In this document: positions 45,567 through 55,914 of the stretch, piece by piece
Position numbering within the stretch: position 1 is the stretch's first letter
Layout of the letters: every line of letters begins with the position of its first letter
From: an uncultured Methanosarcinales archaeon
GTDB lineage: Archaea > Nanobdellota > Nanobdellia > Woesearchaeales > GW2011-AR4
NCBI GenBank assembly: GCA_964564925.1
Contig: CAZMBY010000001.1
Coordinates: 37,929-101,928, forward strand
Direction of reading: 5' to 3'
Length of the DNA stretch: 64,000 nt
Program-made: the position numbers and the translations under genes
The notes under the pieces: model-generated
The model's input: only the letters and a program-made list of their open reading frames with translations
Told to the model about the DNA's origin: nothing
The model's database searches: none

Positions 45567-47966
45567 CTAATAGTAAGCTTCCCCTTCTGTCTGGTCCGGG
45601 ATCTCTTCGCTGAATTCTTCGCTTGGCTCCAGCCATTTCTTTATGCCAAAAGCAAGCCCAATCCCGGCAAGCAATACTGCGATGCCTATCAGGGTTATTT
45701 CTAGGATGTTTTTAAGGCTGGCATTCAAAAATGCGCTTGACGCTACATTTCCCTTGAGCGCAATATCCTTCAGCACTTTATCATTGCTTTTTATTGTAAC
45801 AAGGAAAATCTGCTCGCCTTTCACTTTTGCAGTTGTTGACGCGAATATATTGATTGCTTTTGTTTCTTTTGGCCTTATGACAAACGTGTTTGAGTCGCTT
45901 AATCTTAAGCTGGCCCAGTCTGCCCCGTCCAGCAATACAGTATAAGCATTGGCATCAGGCCCCTGGTTTGTCAGCATCAAGGTGTATATGACTTCGCTGC
46001 CGTCATTACGCATGTCCTGCTTAAGTATCGGGACATTTATCAAAAGCTTGTCATTGACCACTTGCTTTGTCTGGTCATCCGTTCCTGTAACTAGTATAGG
46101 CATTTCTTTTGTTTCGCTTTCGCTTCCGAATTGGGACATTATTTCTGATCTCAATGTGTATGTGCCTGTTTGGGCATCATCAGGGATTTTGAGGACAAAA
46201 TCTTCCTCTATTTCGGATTTCTTTCCTTTGTTTGCAAGCTGGTCAGCAAACCTTGTTGCTGAAACTCCAAGCTCTGGAATGCTTACCTCTGCCCTTATCC
46301 CTTCAAGCGGAACCACACCGCTGTTCTTGAACCTTAAGCTCACGACAAGGCTTTTGCCTGCTGCCACATTATCTTCAGGCATTAGCATCAAGCTGCTTAT
46401 TACAAATGGGAATTCCTTCTGGCTTATCTTCAATCCATATACTTTCTCTTCAAAGTCGCCTTCGGCATCGACAACTTTAACTCTGAGCTTGAAGCTATTC
46501 TGCTCAAAAGGCCCGATCAATGGCAGCTCAAGCTTCTTTAATGTGCTCTCGTCTTTGCCCATATCAAAAGTTGTTGTCGCATCTGCAACCACATCGCCGT
46601 TTTCAAAGGCCAAAACAGCGTCTATGTGGGCATTCTCAACATTTTCAAGCGCTGTCAGCCTTACCCTCAATCCAATTTCTTTTTCGCCTTCTCCAATTAC
46701 AAGAAAATTATTTTCGTCTGCCGCCAATATCTTGCTTTCCACCTCGACACTGTCAACAGAAACGTCCAATGCTCTTCCGGCTGCTCCGCTAACTAGATTT
46801 CTGCCGTTCATTGTGAGCCCGTATATCTGCTTTATTGAGGTGCCTTCTGCATCCACAATCTTTATCGTTAATTCAAAGGAATTGCTCTGCTTCAGCTTAT
46901 TTATCAATTCAAGCGTCAAAAGCCTAGAGTCGCTTGTGTCTTCATCCATATCAAAATTTGGAGAAGCATCGGCTATAACAGCACCGCTCTTGAGGTCTTT
47001 TAAAACTGCCTCGACATGCGCATCTTCCAAATCTTCCAGAGTTGTGAACTCTACAAGGACATCAAATTCGTTGTCTTCATCAATAAAATTTGTCTTCGAT
47101 TCTGCAACTACTTTACTATTGACTTTCACCCTGTCTATTGAGACATCCAATCCTGTTCTTGCTGCTGAAGAGTCTGTTGCCAATCCATATGCTTTCTGCT
47201 CAACATTGCCCTCTGCATCAATAATCTTTATTGTCAAGCTAAAGCTGCCTTCCCTCTTAAGGTCGTCGATAAGCCTTAAAGTCAAAGTTGCAGATGATTT
47301 CTTGTCATTGCCCAAATCAAAAGTTGCTGTCGCATCAGAAACAACCTTGCCGCTGCTTTTTCCCTGAAGGATTGCCTCGACATGCGCATCTTCCAGATCC
47401 TCAAGCGCTGTAAACTCGACTAAGGCAGAGTACACATCAGCATCATCAACAAGGTTTTCTTTTGAGCTTGCAAGAACAACCCCATTTAAAATAACCCTGT
47501 CGATGGATACATCAAAACCATCGCCTTTGACATCATCAAAAGCAATGAAATAGATTTTGCTTTCAAGCTTGCCTTGGTCATTGCCAACTTTGATTTCCAG
47601 CTTGAATCTTTCATCTCCTAGATCGCTGACGTCAAGAAGCAAAAGAGCAGATGTCTTATGGCCATCAAACAAAGTAAAGGGCACTGTGGAATCGGACACC
47701 GTAAGTCCGGTCTTTAAGTCTGTAAGCACAGCATCTACCTTCAGATTCTGCAAGTCTGCAAAAGCAGCCAAGTCAACATATGTGTTGAAGATAAAAGCTT
47801 CAGGGATAAGGTTTGTCTTGCCTTCCGCCAATGTGTGCCTGTTGACCCTGACCTCATCAATTGAAATTTTATCAGAGCCTGACGCTGAGCTTGCATAAGC
47901 GAAGCTAGCAAACAAAGGAATAAGCAAAATCATCAACATTCCTAAACTTAGTATTTTTCTAGTCAT
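45567..47966 (-). CDS. 799-aa surface protein with signal peptide, four ~110-aa internal repeats, and C-terminal TM anchor with acidic tail
   Basis: Signal 'LGMLMILLIPLFASFAYAS'. Repeats 'GLDVSIDRVKVNSKVVAESK.NF.D…FTTLEDLEDAHVEAVL….TIKI.DAEG' occur at least 4 times. C-terminal 'ITLIGIAVLLAGIGLAFGIKKW…EEIPDQTEGEAYY'. Confidence 0.8.
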   Translation of the reverse strand: MTRKILSLGMLMILLIPLFASFAYASSASGSDKISIDEVRVNRHTLAEGKTNLIPEAFIFNTYVDLAAFADLQNLKVDAVLTDLKTGLTVSDSTVPFTLFDGHKTSALLLLDVSDLGDERFKLEIKVGNDQGKLESKIYFIAFDDVKGDGFDVSIDRVILNGVVLASSKENLVDDADVYSALVEFTALEDLEDAHVEAILQGKSSGKVVSDATATFDLGNDKKSSATLTLRLIDDLKREGSFSLTIKIIDAEGNVEQKAYGLATDSSAARTGLDVSIDRVKVNSKVVAESKTNFIDEDNEFDVLVEFTTLEDLEDAHVEAVLKDLKSGAVIADASPNFDMDEDTSDSRLLTLELINKLKQSNSFELTIKIVDAEGTSIKQIYGLTMNGRNLVSGAAGRALDVSVDSVEVESKILAADENNFLVIGEGEKEIGLRVRLTALENVENAHIDAVLAFENGDVVADATTTFDMGKDESTLKKLELPLIGPFEQNSFKLRVKVVDAEGDFEEKVYGLKISQKEFPFVISSLMLMPEDNVAAGKSLVVSLRFKNSGVVPLEGIRAEVSIPELGVSATRFADQLANKGKKSEIEEDFVLKIPDDAQTGTYTLRSEIMSQFGSESETKEMPILVTGTDDQTKQVVNDKLLINVPILKQDMRNDGSEVIYTLMLTNQGPDANAYTVLLDGADWASLRLSDSNTFVIRPKETKAINIFASTTAKVKGEQIFLVTIKSNDKVLKDIALKGNVASSAFLNASLKNILEITLIGIAVLLAGIGLAFGIKKWLEPSEEFSEEIPDQTEGEAYY

Positions 47967-48214
47967 TTACCGCGACTGCCCCAACAAATTTTTATTATTA
48001 GACAGTAATTACAATTTTTGAAGTATCTATAAGCTACTATATAAAGTTTTCGGTTTTAACCATTTGAAAGTAGGTACATATCCTTAAAGTAGAGGTTTAC
48101 ATATTTAAAGATTTATCTGGGATTAGATTGAATTGTTATTTTATTTCTATATTGAAAATAAATTAAAGGATATTTTTAATCATCTATATATATAAGATTG
48201 CAATTCTATACGGC

Positions 48215-49306
48215 ATGATTACTATAATAGGGGCCGGGCCTGCGGGAAGCTATTTGGCTTACTTGCTGGCAAAACAGGGTGAAAAAACAGTGATAATAGA
48301 AGAGCATGACACTGTTGGCAAGCCAATTCAATGTACAGGCATAGTCACCCATTCAATTGAAAAATTTTTCAGGCTGAAGAAGGGAATAGTTGCTAATAAG
48401 CTTGACAAGGTGATTGTCAACAGCAAAAGCAATAAAATCACAGTCAATGTTGATGAAATTGTGATGTGGCGTGACAAATTTGACCAGTTTGTTGCCGAGA
48501 TGGCGCAGGAAGCCGGAGCTGAAATGCTGCTTAACCACAAGTTTCTGGATTTCAATGGGAAGGACCTTATAAAAATAAAGGACAAAAAAAGCAATAAAAC
48601 AAAGGACATCAGGACAGACATTGTTATTGGAGCTGACGGCCCATATTCTTCTGTGGCTAAAGCTTGCGGCATGGCTCAAGACCAGAGGAATTATATTGGA
48701 ATGCAGGCGAAAGTAAACCTTAGCATGGACAACACAGCCTTCGAAACGTATTTTGGCAGTGATTTTCCAAATTTTTTTGGCTGGTGCGTGCCAGAATCTG
48801 ATGGTACTGCGAGGATTGGCATTGGCTGCTTTGAAAATGCTCAAGAGCATTTCTACAGGTTTTTGCAGAAAAGGACAGGTAAAAAAGAAGTGCTGTGCTG
48901 GGAATCCGGCTTAATTCCCGTGTATAATCCAAAGAAACAGCTGCAAAAAGGCAATGTCTATTTGATAGGCGATGCTGCAACCCAAGCCAAAGCAACAACT
49001 GGAGGCGGGATAATACCATCCTTAAAAGCAGCCCATACATTGTGCGATTGCATTATCGGCAAGAAAGACTACAATAAGGAATTCAAAAGGCAGTCTGGAA
49101 AGGAATTGCTTTTGCACTTGAGGATTAGGAATCTGTTAAACAAATTCAGCGACAGGGATTACGACAGGCTATTGGGACTCATGGATAAAGAGAAGGTAAG
49201 AAAAATACTAAAAAAATATGACAGGGACACTCCAATACCTCTTGTGGCAAACTTGCTGCTCAAGGAGCCCGGATTTCTTTACTTCTCAAAGCTGCTCTTT
49301 GCTTAA
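48215..49306 (+). CDS. FAD-dependent geranylgeranyl reductase family oxidoreductase (archaeal lipid/isoprenoid saturation)
   Basis: Rossmann motif 'MITIIGAGPAGSYLAYLLAKQG', plus 'IGADGPYSSVAK' and 'GNVYLIGDAA' typical of the GGR/FixC-like family. Confidence 0.8.
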   Translation: MITIIGAGPAGSYLAYLLAKQGEKTVIIEEHDTVGKPIQCTGIVTHSIEKFFRLKKGIVANKLDKVIVNSKSNKITVNVDEIVMWRDKFDQFVAEMAQEAGAEMLLNHKFLDFNGKDLIKIKDKKSNKTKDIRTDIVIGADGPYSSVAKACGMAQDQRNYIGMQAKVNLSMDNTAFETYFGSDFPNFFGWCVPESDGTARIGIGCFENAQEHFYRFLQKRTGKKEVLCWESGLIPVYNPKKQLQKGNVYLIGDAATQAKATTGGGIIPSLKAAHTLCDCIIGKKDYNKEFKRQSGKELLLHLRIRNLLNKFSDRDYDRLLGLMDKEKVRKILKKYDRDTPIPLVANLLLKEPGFLYFSKLLFA

Positions 49307-49311
49307 AGGCT

Positions 49312-52300
49312 TTGCACAATAACCCGCTCTTGAATCTCGTTTTTGCCATCGACTCAGCTGCAATGTATGGGATAATGGCATTTTTCTATCTGGAACCTCG
49401 AAAAATGCTAAAACAATGTCCGGATTGGCTTCGCATTTTGATGGCAAAACTACTTTTTGTGCAAAGCCTTTCTAACAAAAGCTTTTTAATGATGCGCCAT
49501 TTCCCTTCCAAAGGGTGTATTTTGTTTATGGAGTCAAAAGAAGACGAAGAAATTTCTATAAGTGCTAAGAAATCAAAGATTTCTGGCATCTCCGAAAATT
49601 CAGACGAGGAATTTTCGATAGATTTTGGCAAGATAAAGAAGTTTTTCAAGGGCAAGGGAGAGAAGGAGCCTGAAGATAGCCCAAAAACCGAGAAAACCGA
49701 AGATGAAGAGATTGCAGTAGATTTCAGCAAAGTCAAGAATTTCTTTAAATCTGGCGAAAAGGAAAGAGGAAGCGAGGATATAAACGTAGACTGGTCAAAA
49801 TTTGCTGATTTCTTTAAAACATATGGCATCGTATTAATTGCCTTGATTCCAATAATACTTTCAATCTATGTCAGAATGCAGGCTGATACCCTGCCATTCG
49901 CTGATGATTGGGCATCAAATAGCGTGTTCAACAACATCAGAAACCAGATAAGGAATAGCATAGACCAGCAATACCCAAATTTGCCAAGTGCAAACAAGGA
50001 TGCTTTGGTTGAAACAGAGATGCAGAATTTTATCAATCAGAACAAGCAGCAGATTGACCAGCAGGTGAAAGGGACATCAGACTACGTCAAGTCATTCTTC
50101 CAGGACGAGAATGGCAATAATTACATGCCAGACATTGATCCTTATTATTGGGTCAGGTATGCTGACAATATTGTCGATCATGGTTATCCTGGCGATGTCT
50201 TGGTTGAAGGGAAATCTTATGACAACAGGCAAGTAGCTCCAAAAGGAAGGTTTGTAACTGGCGACATGTTTCATTCATACTTCTTGGCATATTTTTACAA
50301 GTTCTTGCATTTATTTTCGCCAAGCCTGACTCTGATTCGCTCATCATTTTATGCTCCTGTATTTTTGTCGGCTTTGTGTGTCTTGCTTGTTTTCCTAATA
50401 GCAAGGAAAATTGCCGGAAACACAGGCGCTCTCATGGCGGGGTTGATAATGGCAGTAAATTCCGCATTCTTAGGAAGAACTATGTTTGGGCATGCTGACA
50501 ATGATGGGTGGGTTATCTTCTTTCCGCTGATCGTCACCTGGCTGTTCATTCAGACTATTGACGCCACAAGCATAGCCAAGGTCATTATTTCTGCTGCTCT
50601 GGCAGGTTTCTTCACAGGCTTGTTCACTTTAGCATGGAGCGGCTGGTGGTTCATTTTTGATTTTCTCCTCATTACTGTAGCAGTGACATTCCTATACCTA
50701 GTGCTTACAAACCTTCTGGACATCAGGAAAAATCTTAGATTCTTATTCCAGAATACTGTTATCAGGGATATAATAATTTTTGGCATTGTTTATTTCATTG
50801 CAACTGCAATGTTCACCACTTTCTTTTCTGGATGGGGCCAGTTCAGCAACAGCTTTCTTGGCCCTTTAAGCTTTAAGTCAATCAAAGAGCCGGTGAGCAG
50901 CGGCTCATTGTGGCCAAATGTATTGACCACAGTTGCAGAATTGAATGAAGGCTCCTTCAATGGCATTGCCAATTCAGTTGGAGGGTACCTATTCTTCTAC
51001 ATAAGCTTAATCGGATTGCTTTTGGCAGTCTCAAGAACAGAGGGCCTGAGGAAGTTTGATTTTTATTACAACGTTGCTGGATTTATTTATTATGCTGCAT
51101 TCCTGCAGCTTGTGAAAGCAGAAACTATAAACTCAATATATACCATAATGGCAGGAGTCCTGCTTCCAGTTGCGGTAAGGATGATTATTCTGATATACCA
51201 CAAAGACAGATCCTATGATTTCAAACTTTCCCTGTTGCTTTCGCTGTGGATTGTATCAACTATTTTCGCGAGCATAAAAGGAATTAGATTCACATTGCTT
51301 CTTGCTCCTGCATTCAGCGTTGCGTTTGGTGTTGCGCTTGGGAAGCTGTATATGTTTAGCTCAAAATTATTGAACAAAGAGCTGAAAATTAACAAGATTG
51401 TCGGCAACTCTGTCCTTATTTTATTGATATTGTCTTTGGTTTATGTGAATCCCACAAAGGCTGCCATAGGCGCTTCAAGTTCTGATCCGCCAATTGTCAA
51501 TGACGCTTGGTACTCTGCTTTGACCGCAATAAAGGAGGATTCAAAGCCAGATGCAATAATAACATCGTGGTGGGATTTTGGACATCATTTCAAGTCAATA
51601 ACTGACAGGAGGGTCACATTTGACGGAACAACTCAAACCTATCCACCGGCTCACTGGGTTGGCAAGCTGTTGATGTCGGACAATGAAAACCAATCTCTTG
51701 GAATTCTGAGAATGATGGATTGCAGCAGCAATGATGCCTATGTTTTGCTGCAAAAATTAGATGGCAACGACACTCACTTATCTATTAAGATAATAAATGA
51801 AATTGTAGGGCTTGACAAAAAAAGTGCCGAGAAAAAATTAATGGGCTATAAATTTAGTGATGAAAAAATCAAGGAGCTTCTTTCATATACCCATTGCGAT
51901 CCTGCAGAAGGCTACTTCATTGCCTCAGATGACATGATTGGAAAAAGCGGTGTTTGGGGCCATTTCGGCAGCTGGAATTTTGAAAGAGCTGACATATGGC
52001 AGAATGCAAGGAACATGGCTGAAGAAGACGCTGTCCAATATATGGCAGCCAAGTTTAACTATAGCAGGCAAAATGCGCAAAACCTATACGTTGAAATGCA
52101 GGAGATATTGGGCATAGATGACGCAAACAAACTTAACAGGAAGGCAAATGAATGGGTTGCTCCATGGCCGGGGTATGCAGGCACAATAAACTGTGCAAGG
52201 AATGGAGATGGTATTTTTGAATGCCCTCAACTGAGCGTTGGCAAGGACAATTCCGGCAGGGATGTATATGCCTCATTTTTCATAAATATGACCGGCTATG

Positions 52301-52701
52301 ACGTCTTTGGCAAGGTTGGCGGCACTGAGATAAGGGCAAATCCAGTTGCGTTCACCACAGAGGATGGCATTTACAAAAAACAATTTGACGGGAATACATT
52401 CGGCCTTGGGTTTACAGTAATTCCGGCAGGTGAAGACAGCGTCTTGGTTGTGATGTCCAGCCCGCAGCTTGTAGGCTCAATGTTCACGAGAATGTTTTAC
52501 ATGCAGGGGCATGGGCTTAAGTATTTTAAATTATTTAATCATCCTTCAAGAGGCTTGACAGGAACTGACATTTATGTTTACAAGGTTGATTGGGATGGAA
52601 AGAATGCGACTATTGTTGAACCCTATGTCGATAATTTGAGAAAACAAACCGAAGCAACAGCCATCATTCCTTCGGCAGAGCCTGCAGCAAACAGCTCCTA
52701 G
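49312..52701 (+). CDS. aglB: AglB/STT3 oligosaccharyltransferase
   Basis: Catalytic 'WWDFGHH' (WWDYG motif) at ~51567-51590. It has about 13 N-terminal TM helices and a large C-terminal soluble domain. The ORF-track N-terminus (49312-49527) lacks features; the start is probably the Met at 49528 (MESKEDEE…). Confidence 0.85.
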   Translation: MHNNPLLNLVFAIDSAAMYGIMAFFYLEPRKMLKQCPDWLRILMAKLLFVQSLSNKSFLMMRHFPSKGCILFMESKEDEEISISAKKSKISGISENSDEEFSIDFGKIKKFFKGKGEKEPEDSPKTEKTEDEEIAVDFSKVKNFFKSGEKERGSEDINVDWSKFADFFKTYGIVLIALIPIILSIYVRMQADTLPFADDWASNSVFNNIRNQIRNSIDQQYPNLPSANKDALVETEMQNFINQNKQQIDQQVKGTSDYVKSFFQDENGNNYMPDIDPYYWVRYADNIVDHGYPGDVLVEGKSYDNRQVAPKGRFVTGDMFHSYFLAYFYKFLHLFSPSLTLIRSSFYAPVFLSALCVLLVFLIARKIAGNTGALMAGLIMAVNSAFLGRTMFGHADNDGWVIFFPLIVTWLFIQTIDATSIAKVIISAALAGFFTGLFTLAWSGWWFIFDFLLITVAVTFLYLVLTNLLDIRKNLRFLFQNTVIRDIIIFGIVYFIATAMFTTFFSGWGQFSNSFLGPLSFKSIKEPVSSGSLWPNVLTTVAELNEGSFNGIANSVGGYLFFYISLIGLLLAVSRTEGLRKFDFYYNVAGFIYYAAFLQLVKAETINSIYTIMAGVLLPVAVRMIILIYHKDRSYDFKLSLLLSLWIVSTIFASIKGIRFTLLLAPAFSVAFGVALGKLYMFSSKLLNKELKINKIVGNSVLILLILSLVYVNPTKAAIGASSSDPPIVNDAWYSALTAIKEDSKPDAIITSWWDFGHHFKSITDRRVTFDGTTQTYPPAHWVGKLLMSDNENQSLGILRMMDCSSNDAYVLLQKLDGNDTHLSIKIINEIVGLDKKSAEKKLMGYKFSDEKIKELLSYTHCDPAEGYFIASDDMIGKSGVWGHFGSWNFERADIWQNARNMAEEDAVQYMAAKFNYSRQNAQNLYVEMQEILGIDDANKLNRKANEWVAPWPGYAGTINCARNGDGIFECPQLSVGKDNSGRDVYASFFINMTGYDVFGKVGGTEIRANPVAFTTEDGIYKKQFDGNTFGLGFTVIPAGEDSVLVVMSSPQLVGSMFTRMFYMQGHGLKYFKLFNHPSRGLTGTDIYVYKVDWDGKNATIVEPYVDNLRKQTEATAIIPSAEPAANSS

Positions 52702-53370
52702 ATGAAAATGAACAATGTCTGGGCCATAACACCGGCACACAACGAGGAAAGGGACATAGCCTTGATTATCAAGAAAACCAAGAGATATGCAGATGAAGTT
52801 GTGATTGTTGACGATGGGAGCATGGACAGGACAAGCATTTATGCAAAGAAGGCAGGTGCAATTGTTTTGAGGCACATTGTCAACCTGGGCAAGGGCGCTG
52901 CACTTAAAACAGGCTGTGACTATGCTATTAAGAAAGGTGCAAAATTGATTGTTGTGCTTGATGCTGATGCGCAGCACAACCCTGACAACATTCCAAGGTT
53001 TCTGGACAAATTGAAAAAATATAGCATCGTGTTTAGCTACAGGAAGCTAAGCAGGAAGATGCCGATTGTGCTGCGCTTCGGAAACTGGTTCATATCAGGC
53101 ATTGTCAGCCTGTTTTACGGCGTCAGCTTGAAGGACACCCAATGCGGATTCAGGGCATTCACCGCAGATGCGTACAAAAAAATAAGGTGGAATGCAAGCG
53201 ACTATTCAATGGAATCTGAGATGATAGCAAGGGCAGGAAAGCAAAACTTAAAATATGTGCAGATTCCAATTGAAACAATCTATTCCGACAGGTACAAGGG
53301 CACAACAATTGTAGACGGCATAAAAATTGTAATGAATATGCTTTGGTGGAGGCTGTTTAACACGAAATAA
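52702..53370 (+). CDS. GT2-family dolichyl-phosphate sugar transferase (DPM1/AglD-like)
   Basis: 'ITPAHNEERDI', 'VVIVDDGSMDRT', 'IVVLDADAQHNP' (DxD) and 'QCGFRAF' are hallmarks of GT2 Dol-P-Man/Glc synthases. Confidence 0.8.
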   Translation: MKMNNVWAITPAHNEERDIALIIKKTKRYADEVVIVDDGSMDRTSIYAKKAGAIVLRHIVNLGKGAALKTGCDYAIKKGAKLIVVLDADAQHNPDNIPRFLDKLKKYSIVFSYRKLSRKMPIVLRFGNWFISGIVSLFYGVSLKDTQCGFRAFTADAYKKIRWNASDYSMESEMIARAGKQNLKYVQIPIETIYSDRYKGTTIVDGIKIVMNMLWWRLFNTK

Positions 53371-53371
53371 A

Positions 53372-53713
53372 ATGGCGAATATCCTTGGAATTCAGATTGC
53401 AGGCTCGCTTTTTGGGCTGTTTATGATCTACTATTCTTTTTTGAACTACAAAAGGAAGCAGTTCACAACAAAAGAGTTTGGATTTTGGCTTCTGCTGTGG
53501 GTACTTTTTATTTTGGTTTCGCTGTTTCCGTTTTTGCTTGACCCTGTTGTCAAGCCCGCAGGGTTTTTGAGAGCGCTGGATTTGTTAACAATTACCGGCT
53601 TTATATTTCTGATAGGTGCTGTGTTTTATACATACACCCTGACAAGGAAAAATCAGAAGCAGCTTGAAGAGATTGTAAGAATCGTTGCAATGAAAAAAAG
53701 CAGGAAGAAGTAG
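53372..53713 (+). CDS. Small 3-TM membrane protein co-transcribed with the GT2 gene (DUF2304-like)
   Basis: 113 aa. 'IAGSLFGLFMIYYSF', 'FWLLLWVLFILVSLFPFLL', 'LLTITGFIFLIGAVFY'. Start is 2 nt after the GT2 stop. Confidence 0.5.
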   Translation: MANILGIQIAGSLFGLFMIYYSFLNYKRKQFTTKEFGFWLLLWVLFILVSLFPFLLDPVVKPAGFLRALDLLTITGFIFLIGAVFYTYTLTRKNQKQLEEIVRIVAMKKSRKK

Positions 53714-53825
53714 GCTAAGGACACCAATCCTTAATCATTATTAAATATCCATGCTTTTGCTGCCCTTGGAATGAATTCAGCAAAAAAAATAAATTGAAAT
53801 GCGCTTCATCTGTTTATTCTTAATC

Positions 53826-54494
53826 TTAGAAAAACTTGTACCGAGCAAAGGCAATAATAAATGTTATTATAATTGATAATGCCTGCAGGGAAAAAACAAC
53901 AGGATATTTTTTCCAGCTCATGCTCCTGTTGGGATATATTTCCTTGAATTTATTCTCAAAAAGCAGGATTGAGCCATGCAGTGTAAAAAGCATCAGAAAG
54001 CCTGCTAAAATAAAGCCAACTATCTGGCCCTGAAAAACCAATTCCTTGAAGTGCGCCCAATTGTCGACAAAAATTGCCCAGAAAATCCAGATAATAAATC
54101 CCAGCTCAAATACTGATATTTCATAATGCCGAATTGACCATGCAAATACAGCAGCCAGTACAATATAATATGGAAGGCTCATTAACAGGTCAGCAAAAAT
54201 GCTGCTTGTAGCAAACAAATAAGCTGTTTCTCCAGCTCTAATCTTATCCAAGTTGCTTAAGAAAGCGAGCACTTCAACAAATAAGCCGTTCAGGACCACA
54301 GCTATTCCGTAAGAAAGAAGCGGCCTTTTTATTTTTGGGATTATTGCCTTTTCAATTGGCGCATGGAATATGAAAAAAAGGCCATAGACAATTCCTGCCA
54401 AATATAATATTCTCTCCGAGCCTTTTGCCATGGCAATGCCAAAAAACAAGGAAAAGAGTATTGCAAAAATCCCGAATTTTTGGTATTTATCCAT
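53826..54494 (-). CDS. Polytopic membrane protein of unknown function (~6 TM)
   Basis: 222 aa, almost entirely hydrophobic helices (e.g. 'FGIFAILFSLFFGIAMA', 'IIWIFWAIFVDNWAHF'). Confidence 0.45.
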   Translation of the reverse strand: MDKYQKFGIFAILFSLFFGIAMAKGSERILYLAGIVYGLFFIFHAPIEKAIIPKIKRPLLSYGIAVVLNGLFVEVLAFLSNLDKIRAGETAYLFATSSIFADLLMSLPYYIVLAAVFAWSIRHYEISVFELGFIIWIFWAIFVDNWAHFKELVFQGQIVGFILAGFLMLFTLHGSILLFENKFKEIYPNRSMSWKKYPVVFSLQALSIIITFIIAFARYKFF

Positions 54495-54626
54495 TTTTTA
54501 TTTGTCAGAAAATTTTTGAACATTTTATGAATTTGGTTTTCATGCTTGATTCAGAAGCGCCTATGTGGGACGTCTGACTTCCAAGGCATTCTGTACGACG
54601 GAAAAATATGGCGTGATATGTGGAAC

Positions 54627-55910
54627 TCATCGCACCGGCTGCCACGAATATCTCTGTGGACCTATTCCCGGCACAGTAAAAAGCACATGACGATTTGTGC
54701 CGTCGAGATTTGTAGCCCCTACTCCAATCGGCTCAGGATTCTCCCCATAGATCGGAAGAGTTGGGTGAAGAATCATTTTACTGTCTGGGGACCATGCTGG
54801 ATCATCACCTTGCGTAAGCATTCTCTTGTTCGTTCCATCAGCATCCATCACCCAGATATGCCAGGTTGCCATGATATTGCGGTCGCGTGCTGTAGGCTGG
54901 CTAGTGCCTTTCCTGGTGGCTTCGCTCAATTCAAACATCTCTACACCTTGCCAATAAGCAATGTATTTTCCGTCTGGAGACCATGCGGGGACTTTTTGCT
55001 CGACAGGGGCACCAATCGAGTTATCATACGACGACTCGGTTAATGCAACTGGATTTTTACCGTCAGAATCCATCACCCAAATGCGGAATTTGTCCCAGTC
55101 GCGATCCGAAGCGAATGCAATGCGTTTCCCATCAGGTGACCAACTCGGAACTGCGTCAGAATCATTTCCAAAAGTAAGCTGTTTTTTATTAGAACCATCG
55201 GCATCAATTACAAAGATTTTGACATTCATGATATCCATTGGGTCTTTTTTTCCAGATGCCAGTTCCTGCTCCATGTCTGGAGTTATTAAGCCAGCAGTAT
55301 AAGCAATATGTTCGCCATCCGGAGACCAATCTGGGAGTAAACTCATACTACCGGAGCGCTTTTCGGTGATGGCCTTGTTATCAGAGCCATCAGCATTCAT
55401 CACGTGGAAGACAATTCCATTTTGGGCCTCTGATTGTGTCATATATGCGATTTTCTTTCCATCAGGAGACCACTTTGGCGCAACGTTGCCGTTGCCATCA
55501 TTTGTCAATTGCTTTCGGTTTGAGCCATCAGGAGAAACTGTAAAAATCTGATAGCGCCCTTTTTCATCTTGATAGGAAACTGCAATGAGTCCGCTTGCCG
55601 TGCCGTTTGCCGTTGATGTGCCAAACTGCTCCTGATTTTTTTTATCAAGGAGTAAAAGAACTCTGTCCAAAATATTTTCAGCGTCGTCATATTTTTTCGC
55701 TTTCAATAAAGGATCAAGCTCCTGAAGCTGATTTTGCACTTGTGTTGGGTCGCCTCCTGCAGAGATTAATTTTTCAATTCCTGCTTGGACTTTATTGGCT
55801 TTCTCCTGTATTCTCAATTGGGTTTCAGAAGGACGATTGATTAGAATGAAAATGGCTATTCCAATTATAAAAATAATTCCAATGACAATTAAAATAATTT
55901 TTGGTTTCAT
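54627..55910 (-). CDS. N-terminally membrane-anchored TolB-like (PD40) beta-propeller protein
   Basis: TM 'IILIVIGIIFIIGIAIFILI', a helical ~90-aa linker, then repeated 'PDWSPDGEHIAY', 'PSWSPDGKRIAF', 'PAWSPDGKYIAYW' and 'PKWSPDGKKIAY' blades. Confidence 0.75.
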   Translation of the reverse strand: MKPKIILIVIGIIFIIGIAIFILINRPSETQLRIQEKANKVQAGIEKLISAGGDPTQVQNQLQELDPLLKAKKYDDAENILDRVLLLLDKKNQEQFGTSTANGTASGLIAVSYQDEKGRYQIFTVSPDGSNRKQLTNDGNGNVAPKWSPDGKKIAYMTQSEAQNGIVFHVMNADGSDNKAITEKRSGSMSLLPDWSPDGEHIAYTAGLITPDMEQELASGKKDPMDIMNVKIFVIDADGSNKKQLTFGNDSDAVPSWSPDGKRIAFASDRDWDKFRIWVMDSDGKNPVALTESSYDNSIGAPVEQKVPAWSPDGKYIAYWQGVEMFELSEATRKGTSQPTARDRNIMATWHIWVMDADGTNKRMLTQGDDPAWSPDSKMILHPTLPIYGENPEPIGVGATNLDGTNRHVLFTVPGIGPQRYSWQPVR

Positions 55911-55914
55911 GTTT

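Noticed and set aside
45949-47367. 472-aa Ser/Leu-rich ORF on the plus strand
   Set aside because: It is entirely antisense to the well-structured 799-aa repeat protein gene. Its composition is biased and featureless.
44570-47966. PGF-CTERM/archaeosortase sorting signals at the C-termini of the 1415-aa and 799-aa proteins
   Set aside because: There is a TM helix plus charged tail but no PGF (or PEF/PEP) tripeptide preceding it, so the match fails as seen.
54546-55551. Several plus-strand ORFs (54546..55043, 54961..55302, 55366..55551) and analogous ones at 59010..59466 and 62415..62711
   Set aside because: They are antisense to the TolB-like propeller genes. Repeated 'PSGDH..' translations are the reverse-strand image of the PDWSPDG blade repeats.
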